A stretch of 64,000 nt of DNA from the NCBI RefSeq assembly GCF_964204645.1, contig NC_134035.1, positions 11,130,451 through 11,194,450 of the forward strand, read 5' to 3'. Within the stretch, counting starts at the first letter, position 1, and each line of letters begins with the position of its first letter. Origin of the DNA: Tubulanus polymorphus. Its lineage: Eukaryota; Animalia; Nemertea. The position numbers and the translations under genes were made by a program. This document shows, piece after piece, positions 26,286 to 36,937 of the stretch. The notes under the pieces are model-generated. The model saw nothing but the letters and a program-made list of their open reading frames with translations. It searched no databases and was not told the origin of the DNA.

Positions 26286-27045
26286 GACAATATACATGTA
26301 AATGTGACTACAAGACTTTCATATGACACTCAAACAAAGGATTCATGGAAATAATGAAAACGAAATTATTTTTTCTGAAATTATTTTTTCTTCTATATAA
26401 GTCCTACATGCCTGAAAATATTCAGCAGGATTATGTGAATATCCGATGCAACTTGGATGATTTATTCCAAAATTCTTCAAAGCTGCTTATGTAAAAAACG
26501 CTCACTACACTATATGTAACGATTATTTTCTGCCTTTAATCATTGTTGTGGATCGCATCAACAAGACGCTCAAAAAATCTGTGGTAGGTGACTAAGCTCT
26601 ATATATGAGTAGCAGAAGTAGGGGTGACTCAGGAATGAAACAGGGACTGGTTGCAAAGTTGTGGCTTAATTCCAAAAGTGGACTTAAATCTTTAGACTGA
26701 TCTTAAGTTGTTAGATTGGCTATAGAACTAAGACCGGTCTTATCCGTGACTACATGCAACCGGCCCCAGGTTCGTTACTACAGTGTGTGCATGCCTGTTG
26801 GGGATAGGTTTACCGCGACAGGGTTTCGCATGGAGGCAGTGTCATTATAATATCAGGTTCGAATGCCTACAGAGGGGTCTAGCGTTGCTTTCTGATTTCT
26901 AGATCAAAAAATAACATTTACTCAAATACTATCTTTATCAGACAAAGAGAGTAGTAAAATAAATGAAAGCAGCCAACAGTTGCTGTATTCTACTTTTTAG
27001 AAATGAAATAAATGTATCATAGAAATTCTCATCTACTTTCAGAGT

Positions 27046-27485
27046 ATGTACAAGACTCTTTTCATCGCCTTGGCCTTGTTTATGGTCATTGGAGCCATCG
27101 ATGCAGAAGGTAACTTTTGTTCAAAATTATCCTGTGAAATTCCGAGTTTAATTGAATTCAAGTCATATATAAATCGAGTCCAGAACTTGATCGTAAGTTG
27201 ATGCCAAGCGAAACGTTAACTTTCCTGGACGAACTAAATGTACATCACGATAATTGGAGGTCCCTTGTACATCACATCGGGCGCAGCGGCGTTGGTGATG
27301 TCATACAAGGAAGAGAGGCTTGGAAAATGCGACTTTTTATCAATATTGTTATTGCAGAAGTTGAGGTTGAAAAGAGAGGAGTTCATTGCACCTGTGAGGG
27401 AAAGTCGTCAACCTATTGGCTGATTGGTGGACCCGCACGAAGCTTGTGTTGCTCAAGATTTATTGGCTATTGCTGTCCTAACTAA
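27046..27485 (+). CDS. Secreted cysteine-rich peptide precursor 2 (paralogue), exons 27046-27109 + 27358-27485, 63 aa
   Basis: MYKTLFIALALFMVIGAIDA-EEVEVEKR-GVHCTCEGKSSTYWLIGGPARSLCCSRFIGYCCPN*; same phase-1 intron (248 nt); dibasic KR; AATAAA at 27549. Confidence 0.88.
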
Positions 27486-27667
27486 CATCGATACTCGATC
27501 TATTTCAATTATTCACCACATTGTTTAATTGGTTCAAGCTCGAAAAGGAATAAAAAATGATCTGATCATAGAAATAGTTGTCTCTGAAGATCTGTTTTTC
27601 TGAAGCCTAACAAAGACAGGAAGACATTTATAAACTGCAGGTGGATAGAGGACGTCAACAAACGGGT

Positions 27668-28880
27668 GGCAATTCGCAATTCAATTCAAATATTCATTCA
27701 GTATAAACAATTGCACTGTTTGTGACTGACATTTATACATACATAAATTTTACAGAGTGAGAAATATAAAATAATAGTAATCATTAACATCTGATAAACA
27801 AGCATACAAAAATAATATAAAAACAGATATACATGTAATACGATAGACTATATGCATGGCTCGAAAGTTTCAACAAAAAAATACTATATCGGCAGTTATA
27901 CATATATACACACACATACACATATTAATATAGATTGTTTACAGAAAAAGATAGCTATGGCAACTTTAGATAATGGACCTTACAGCAGGGACATACAGAC
28001 TTTGGTAAATTTTAGTAAATGTTCGGGTTATTGTTTGAATTGAAAATTTCCATCAAAGTTTGTGTATCAAGACGTTCAAGTCTGTATGTCTTTCTTTATT
28101 CATCAAATTTAGTGCAGTTGAATAGGAAATGTTCTTCATCCTCTACAGCGTTACATACTATACACAGACGGTTTTCAGTAGTTATTGATAGGTGCCGCCC
28201 CTTTTTCAATCATGAGGTTATGAGAACTAGTCCTTAACTTAATTAGCCATTGCTGACTTTTGGTAAAAATCATTAGACATGTGGAGATATTTTTCTAGTT
28301 TAAAGTCAGTCATATATTTGTTATAAAATTGGTATCTACTATGTTTTGAATCTGATATTTCATTTTTCCAATAATTTCTGAAGTCAGCCTGTAAAGATAG
28401 TTTAATTGATTTGGTAGCTTTTACAATATTCCGGGACCCATTATTGTGCCATAGTTCAGAGTATCCAAAGTAATTAAGTACTGCGTGAATAGCAGATATT
28501 GAGTTAATGACATTTTTATCTTTATACATGGAGTAGGATTCTAGCATAGCTTGATAAACAAGGTAGTTATGATTATACTTTGACGTGACTGTTAACCAAT
28601 ATTTCACTGAGGATGTCAAACTATCAACATAGACCGGGTAAATACCAAGGTCTCCTAGTACCGGTAAAGTAGGTGTTTTGGCATTATACACCAAGAATGG
28701 AACGACAGAATCTATTCATCGTTTTATGTGCTATTGTTAGATTAAAGCGGGCCGCAAGAGGTAAATTGTCACATTATTTTTGATAAGTGGTGTTATTCCT
28801 GTAAGACCCCAAACTTCACTACCGTATATAAGTATTTGCTTGATAAGACTGTTAAATAGCTGTATCTGTTGTATTACAGA
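27668..28880 (-). mobile_element. 5'-truncated LINE (3' part of ORF2 plus 3'UTR and (TTGAA)n-like tail)
   Basis: QLFNSLIKQILIYGSEVWG, TPTLPVLGDLGIYP..VKYWL, FKLEKYL and C-terminal GR..RLCIVCNAVEDEEHFLFNC Zn finger. It interrupts the sequence homologous to ~24510 in copy 1. Confidence 0.85.
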
Positions 28881-29175
28881 TCGCATGTTTGCAATTTTTC
28901 TGGAAGCGTCGAACTTTTGAAGGGGTAGACTACAGAGTTCTACCTTAGTATGATATCGACAGGAGGTGAACACTGATCGGTGTTCATGAATTAATGCCAG
29001 ACACTTAATCTGCCCCCCCCCCCCATTTTGAATATCATTGGTCAATCGTAACATCCACGATACCCGTTAATTAATGCCAATTTGGATAAACTGCTTATCT
29101 CAGATCAAATACAACAGGCATTCTAGCCCGGCATTCTAGCGATGTTAGACAACCATCATTGTTTGACATCTAACC

Positions 29176-29411
29176 CACAGGGACCTGACAAAAAAATTTT
29201 TTACCCCAGTATCCTAGGTACTATATATAAAAAAAAACAAGGAGCCAACTCTCCGTCAGATCTGTACAGGTATGTCACTTCAACAGTTCGTAACTTCGTT
29301 ATTGATAATCCAATCCGCTTCAAGTCTTTTTATATATAGTACCAAAAATACATAAAGAGGATAGTACACCTTGGATACTGGGGTCAAAAATTTTTTTGTC
29401 AGGTCCCTGTG
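29176..29411. mobile_element. MITE with ~43-bp TIRs and perfect 8-bp TSD (P-element-like CANRG ends)
   Basis: atctaacc|cacagggacctgacaaaaaaattt...aaatttttttgtcaggtccctgtg|atctaacc. Confidence 0.85.
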
Positions 29412-29802
29412 ATCTAACCCTCAAATGGGGTTTACCTCATGCGTGGATCAAACACTAGGCCTAACTCGAGACTAATTTAACTTATCATCGAAAAGATTCA
29501 TTCTGCAACCGTGCATCTAAATGTTAAATGAATTCAAAAATATTCGTAATACTGATGATTTTCATCGGAAAATTGATTATCTGAACACATTTCAACCCCA
29601 GTCCGAATCAATAGGAGTACATGTTACAAAAGTGCGGTCCATTAGTCCGACAATTCCAGCTATGGCAAGTATGCTGAGCAACATCCTCCAGTTTTTTAAT
29701 CAACATCGTCGAACCCGGAAATAAATGAAAATTCAAACCCAACAAATCATAATAAAGCTATGAATTCTCTTTATTTCTAACAACGAATTCAGACTAAAAG
29801 TG

Positions 29803-32800
29803 ATGGCTGGGCTGCCTGATGAAATTGACTTCAGCGAAGGACGAGCTAAAAGGTATTTCAAAAAATTAGATCACTTGAAGTATGTATCCTAAGTCTGTAA
29901 ATGTTTGATATTTTGTTGAATTTATTTGCATCCGACCCTGCCCTGGACGGACAAAGCTTGTTAACTGGCTCGGATTCTATTTCCGGGTTGTTGATGATCT
30001 CACCAGAATGGTGCCAAATTTGAACGGCAAATAAATTCAAAATATTACAGAAATACATGTTTATTTTGGTTATTTATCCGCATCCAAGTTCCGATAAACA
30101 ATTGGCTGTTAGTGTTAAGGATCATTATTGGGCGGTCACGACGCCTTAGGCCTACTATATAAAGATAACAAGGGATGAAATGGCTTGCTTTTGCCTGGGA
30201 CCGTATTGATGCGACAGAAACCCTGCGCATGCGTGGTAACTTTCTGAAGTCCATGATCAGTTCAAGTTCAATGGATTTTTCTCGGAAACCTGTCGAGCCA
30301 AGACAATCACACTTCTAAGGAAAGTATCAATTTTTTGATTGATGTAGAAAAACTATAATTGTGTACTTTGATTGACAGCTCACTAGCAGTTTACAGCCCC
30401 TGTGGAAATACATATAGCCAATCAGTTTTAGGCTTGATGTACTCGGTATGGTAGAATAACGTTTAATTGCATCCTCTGACGAGCGTTTGATTAGATCCTG
30501 AGTCTGAATAGCAACTATGATCAGCAGGGGCGGATCCAGGGGCATGTTGTGACCATGTCGACCAATAAAAAGGGCATATATTCTTAATTTAGGGCGGAAA
30601 GGCATATCAGCAAAATTTTACTATCATTTTAGAGCTTTCTGAGCATCTCTGGGAGGCATTTAGTCAAGAAACATAGGTTATATATTCAGGAAAAATATCT
30701 ATTGCGTATCTCAGGTGGTTACAACAGCAAATTTTGATACAGAGAAAAAATGAAAAGGCACTTTAAAATTCCGGTCTAAATCCGCCCCTGATCTGCATTG
30801 TGAAAACTCGTTCTGTTCTGCAATTGTATTTTATAAGATTTGAACAGGTCTTTTATATCATAATATATAGGAATAGAAAAACTGTTGATTATTCAAAGTT
30901 TGCCGCTGATGATGCAGATGGCAGCTCTGATGGTAGGTAAATCTATCCCCTCTCTATCGTTGAACGTTTTTGTTATCTTTACTCGTGATTCAGTGGCACG
31001 ATTTGAATATTTCATTTCTAGATGACTTTGAGGGATTCACACCACCACCACCACCAGTGAATAAAGACAAATCTACTGCAAAGTCTAAAAAGGACTTAGA
31101 TGATAAACTGATTGCTGGAAGGTAAGATATTCATGAAATAAGGAGGTTATTTGTTCCAGTGTGGCCCAGCACCTTGATTTTTTAAGTACCAGGGCCCAGT
31201 TTTATAGACTTGTATTAGGCCCTAACTTTAACCGAGGAGTTAACCCCCGGCTTAAAGTTAATACCAGTCTATAAAAATGTCCCCTGGGGCTTATTTTGTA
31301 GAACTTGTCTTGTCACATCCCAAAAGGGCATTTTGAGGTCCAAAAATGCAATATGTAGTTAGACATATTATTCCTGCACTGAATGTCCTAAGTCTTTATT
31401 GATAAAACAAAACAGGGGATTCAAAATATTTGATAAACTTGTACAAGTCTCAAAAGTCTACCCAGCCTGCTGACGTGTGCTAGTCTGAATACCAAACAAG
31501 GCTTGCACTGATTCCCTCATCATCTTATGTCAGAACAGTATTTTTGACCTATCATACGACAGATTAGGTGAAATAAGTTGTTATTATGATACTGTCAAAA
31601 TTTTCCTGTAAATTCTTTCGTTTGTATCTTCTAGGGCGTCTTTAGACGATAAATTGCTGGAAAGAGATTTGAAAAAGGCGATGAATTTGTCGCTATCGAA
31701 TGAGAAAAGTCCTCAAGTATCCCTCGTTGACATTCATTCGAAACAGCAGTCGGCAGTCGTCATTGATGACGACGTCGACGATATTGAAATACTCGGCTCG
31801 GAGCGTATAAAAACTGAACCGCCGGTCCCGGCGAAAAGAAAGAGAAAAACGCTTCAAGGTTGTATTTTGTATATTTCGAATAGGCTCGATTTACTAGAAT
31901 AAACGACGGATCGGTATATTAATTCGCAGTTTTTAGCGAGTCTGACAAAATCTGCTAAGTACCATGGTACTTTACTTTTCACGTAAATCCTGGACTGAAA
32001 AGTGCTTTCTATTGCAAATATTTTCTACGCACTCTGATAAGTGCGTACTTCTCAGATAAAGATACAATCCTGAACGTTCTGATCCTGAATGTCATCACAG
32101 GAAATTTCTGCTGACAAATTTTATAACGACCGATTTTGGGTTTATGTGCGAATTCAAATTTTATTTAGAAAAATGCTGGAAAGTCATAGGGTATTTTTTG
32201 GTCAATGGTTCTTATGTCTATCCCATAGATCTACGAACGAAGACTCCTTGAACCTGCCGGCTCTTTCAACTCTTAGTGCTGGTATTGTCGAATTTTCATA
32301 AGGGAACTATTGACGTATTTTCAGATTTGGATGATAATACCGATGACGAATTCAAACTAGACGACGTTGTGGAAGATGACGGAGATGACAGCGATTTCAA
32401 CAGTAACGCGACGTCGAAAAGGAGCAGATTGAACAAGAGAAAAACGGCGGCAAAAAAGAAGCCGACGACAGCGAAAACGAAACCTAAATCAAAAACGCCG
32501 AGTAAACCAAAAGAGAAAAGTAAATCGAGCCCAGCTGAGAAAAAAGCTAAGTGAGTTAATCCATATCCTTCATCTCAATCCAATGACCCAGTTCCACAAT
32601 TGTAAGTTAATTTACTGTTTTTGCTTCGCTTTGCTTCTCGTAGTTCGGATCTTGGGTTAGCTAATCGTTGGTGGTAAGCTTTTGTAATCGGATGGGCTTA
32701 TACCATGTGAAAATATCCGATTGTGAAATTAAACCACAGACAGGTTACTGACAGACTAGGGTTCCCAAGACATCACCCTATTGGATTTTTCACTTGACCT

Positions 32801-35191
32801 CACAATGGGATGGCCTTTCTAATGCTGCCCCGCATACTCTAAGCAACAGCATGACTCAAACCACATGTCACCCAGCTAGGATAAGTGAATGCAACAGCAT
32901 AACGCCTTTACCCAATCAGCTACCAAGGCCATTAAAATTTCACTCTTGAGTTATTCTTTGTGAAACTGATTTTAACTCAGTGTTGAATCTAACTAAGAAC
33001 TGTGAAAGCGGGTCCTGGGGCCAGTTGCATAGTCATGGCTTAGACTTAACACCAGTCTAAGACCAACTTAGTTCTATAGCTAATCTAACAACTTAAGACC
33101 AGTCTTAAGATTTAAGACCACTTTTGGACTTAAGTCATGACTGTGCAACTGACCCCAGGGTTGTGTTTTTAGCAGATGAGTCAAATTTGTAGTATTTATT
33201 TCTTTCTATGCAAGATGTGTTCAAAATTCTTTCATCGATTATGATTTCAGAATTAATGACGATGATGAAGATCCCGATTTGAAACTGGCTTTACAACTAT
33301 CGATGGCGGAGTGCGGAAAAACTGAAGATGATAAATCACAAGAGGAGGTTTCGAAAACTGCTCTCAAAGACGAACAACCTGTTAAACCTCCAGGTGATGA
33401 TGACCCCTAACAATAAACTATGGCCAGTTTGAAGACATATTTTGTAGGAATAAGCAAGTTAGAAATATTGGGATGAGTTGTTATCATGGAATAAAGTGCG
33501 TCTGCTGAACAGAACGCATTCTTTGTCGTGAAAAGCGATAGATATGTGCCAATATCCAAAAGTTAAAATCATCTGGAAAATATTTGAAAATTATTTGGAA
33601 TATTCATGTCATCAGATACTAACTAGCAATGATGAATCCGGAGAAGTATTTGGAGCAGGGATAGGTCGTTATCACAATGAATTTGAGTTGAAGGAGACAT
33701 TTGTAATATATCGTATATTATTTTATTACAAGGCACGCGATAATCGGAGGCAATCAATCCCAGGGTAGATAAGGTCTACTGTATATTGGTAGATTATAGT
33801 TGATTATTCTAGTTTTCGTCAAAGATCTTCCTAGATATCTTAATTCTAATGATGGAAATTCTTCAATTATATCACTGGTGAAAAGGATAACTCGATAACA
33901 GAAGAGTTGGTGTCATCTTTTTGCCTCTGTGGTAAGATAGTTGGTTTGTTTTGAATAGTTCCAGTTGAGGGTGTCGTAATAATCAATTCGATCCACAAGT
34001 CGCCATCTCCACCGCCGCAATCACCCGTCAACAAACGACGACGCCGCGCCGCAACAAACGCCGCCGAAAAACAACTTCAGATACTTAACAACGAAAATGA
34101 TAACGATGAAAATGATGATGATGGTGATGATGATATGAAAGAGAATGTAAAAGTATCAGAATCCAGCGATGATGAGTTTAAAATATCAGGTTTGAAAAAT
34201 TATTACGATCAATGGGTTAGTTTGTTAGTCAGGGGTCCTTAAGGAACTGATTGGGATTTTCTATACCATGGATGAACAGCTTAACTGTAGTTGTAGACTC
34301 CACACATAAGACTCCATTCGGATCTGTTTTGATATGAAATTCGGCCGACTTGAGAATGATTCCCGAGATGGTGTATTCATGCTTCATGTCAGAAAATTAT
34401 TTCCGGGGTGGCCATGACCTGGTAACTCAAGGAAAAACTAAGGGTATTTGATTAATATAACCAAAAACCTAGAAAACTAGGGAAATTTGGATAATTGACC
34501 ACCTGTTCCTTTAACAGTATGTGAATCATTGAGCAATGTATGAATTGTAACATTTTAAACCTAGAAACTTCACTGATTCACTCAGGGAATTTTGTGTACT
34601 GTAATCACATGGAAAAATCAGGGAATTTGTAAATGGGTGGAAAGTAGCCACCGTGATTTCGGCACATACTGGTATCTTGAATGTTTCTACTGCATAATTC
34701 ATTGATGTAGAATATTTCATTGACTAATTCATTTTTGATTTCAGATGAATCTGCCGAGGATGAAGTAGATGATGATGACGACGACGATGACAGCGACTTC
34801 AACGTCGATGAAGGTCGCAGTAGTAAAGCAACTAAGAAAAAACCATCGGCACGAACAACGTCTAAGAAGCCCGCAACTACAGTTACAAAACAAAGTACGT
34901 CCTGCACGTTTTTATTTAATCATTTATTACCGGAACTGGTAGTGGTGTTGTTCGGTGAAGCAATGGACTTTTAATAATTAAACCACTTAATCTCGTCACC
35001 TCGTCTGTGAAATAATTTGTTAAATCATATCCGAAACTGACCATCAGTCGAGTCTTTAAGATGTGCTTGAAAGAAATTTTCATTTATGATCATTTTCAAT
35101 AAGTATTTTATGGATTAGTCATTATTGAAAATTTGTTTTATAAAGGGCTTTGCGATTGTTTTAATGTTAAGCAATTTTAGCTAATGATTTA

Positions 35192-35250
<59 letters not shown>

Positions 35251-35853
35251 TGATGATATCTTGTAGAGAAAACTTCCAACAGTAAATCAAGTACACCTCG
35301 TGCAAATGTATCGAAAACTCCATCGACTGCCTCACGACCTGGTAGTCTATCGAGCAGAATTCCGGCTGCTCTATCAATCTCTTCATCTAAAATATCGACT
35401 CCTGCCGGAAAACTAACTCATATGGGATTAACTAAGAGCGGTGAGTAGTCAAAATAAACATGGTGAAAACCTATGGGTGGGTCTAGTGGCAAATTTTTAA
35501 GGACTTGTCACGTCCCAAAAAGGCATTTGGCTGTCCAATGAAGCAATATTAGGGGCACTCCCACACTGAAATGCACCAATTATCTTTTTTGACAAAAGAG
35601 AAGGGTAAATTTGATGAACTTGTACAAGTCACACAAGTCCCACTGGATCCACCCCTGAAACTGCTCTAATACATGAAGCATCATTAAGGATTTAGTGTAA
35701 TAAGAACAATTTGATATTTTTATTTTTTTAGGTACCAGTACACCGAACAGTAGTTTAGGCGGACTGAGCATCCGGTCGCCGGGACTTCGAGTGGGGCTTT
35801 CTCGGTCGCAGAAAAATTTCAAATCTTTACACCCTAATTTGAGCAAACACTAG
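29803..35853 (+). CDS. RAD51AP1: RAD51-associated protein 1 / NUCKS family protein, 10 exons, ~493 aa
   Basis: Exons 29803-29852, 30871-30932, 31022-31121, 31635-31858, 32325-32550, 33251-33393, 33959-34189, 34745-34894, 35267-35440, 35732-35853 (phases consistent; first exon least certain). N-terminal RNRKTVDYSKF..DDF, LDDKLLERDLKKAMNLS, and C-terminal RAD51-interaction motif GLRVGLSRSQKNFKSLHP. Confidence 0.82.
32655..32930 (-). mobile_element. tRNA-derived SINE with a LINE-like 3' tail
   Basis: Minus-strand head ggccttggtagctgattgggtaaaggcgt (A-box-like). Tail agtaacctgtctgtggttta..ggtataagcccatccgat..aaagcttaccaccaacgattag is shared with ~51604-51705, ~38870-38975 and ~55188-55275. Confidence 0.6.
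33018..33155. mobile_element. Palindromic MITE of a family inserting at CWG (copies ~23632-23772, 26643-26766, 58344-58472, 61492-61630, partial ~11870-11920)
   Basis: TIR ggggccagttgcatagtc / gactgtgcaactgacccc flanked by ctg/cag; conserved core ttaagttgttagattggctatagaactaag. Confidence 0.8.
35195..35249. repeat. (TTA)n microsatellite just upstream of the RAD51AP1 exon 9 acceptor
   Basis: About 18 uninterrupted TTA units. Confidence 0.95.
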
Positions 35854-36937
35854 TGGAAGAAAAAATGTAATTATTAAGTATTGCTGTATTGAACATGGAT
35901 CAAAAGGTGCATTGAAAGAAAACTTCTTAAGAAAACTTCTCGATTCAGTGGAACCTCATTTTATTAACCTAGATTTTTGTCCCAAATATGAAAATTTTCT
36001 TAATTTCATGATGGTTATCACAAATATCGGTTATAATTAACAGATTTTATGGATGCATGAAGTTCATTGAAGAGGTCATGCGAGGTTTGTGCGCTGGTAA
36101 ACTTAATATCCATCGCTGTTTATAATGGAAAGTGGAGTTTTGAACGTATTTTACACCTTCAATTCAAATCATTTTGTGGTCCTTTCATCTATGCAAAAAT
36201 ATTGGATTTGTAATTAAAATACATTTATCTGATGTATCTTACTTAAAAAACATTTTATACGATGAAGCAAGCATTATTTGCATATACTTGTTCGTAGGGT
36301 ATGTGACTGCATTTATGGATAGATTTTATATTTTGCAAGTTTTAAATAAAGGTTAAGTTATTAGAGTTGACAAATATTATTAATCTAATTGGTAGTCAGG
36401 CGGTCTTGTTGTTCACTGTTTCTGGGAACTATTTCATCACGTTCCAGCATCCCGTAGGAGTGTGTATGGCGGATTCGGGGGATGGACTGGTCTTCCACTT
36501 CAAAGTACTCGTTTCTTCACAAGTGCATTTTTGGACTTTCAAAACCTAGGATCTTTTCACCAATAGGAATCAAAAACATCTGTCAACCTTCGAATTCGTG
36601 TTTCTAATAAACAAATTCCCTCTAACCACAGCCAAGGAATATGATTTCTGCTACCGGTCCTTGAGGATCCAAAATTCAATCATCAAGACAATAATATTGA
36701 TTGATACAATATTCAGTTTATTTATGAAATATTCAATATACACGAAAGTTAGTTTATCTACAACATGTACACAGTTGAAACATTTACGAAGGGAAATCAT
36801 GCCTGGGCTTTTAACGCATTCACTCCACATCGCTTCAAATAAATTGCACAGGCACCATAGAGTCTATTCATATCCTTTCCGTAAAGTTGAGGCGCACTGC
36901 AATGTACCCGCTGAGTAACAAAAAAAGCCTTTGTATT

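Larger units (their letters stand above)
22726..29006 (+). repeat. Tandem segmental duplication carrying the cysteine-rich peptide gene (copy 1 22726-24643; copy 2 26286-29006)
   Basis: Collinear near-identical sequence from gacaatatacatgtaaatgtgacta to ccagacactt. Copy 1 has a private 556-bp insertion; copy 2 has a private ~135-bp intron insertion and a ~1.2-kb LINE insertion. Confidence 0.95.

Noticed and set aside
27198-27357. N-terminal part of the 95-aa ORF 27198-27485
   Set aside because: Starts at TTG within the intron; comparison with copy 1 shows the true start is the signal exon at 27046.
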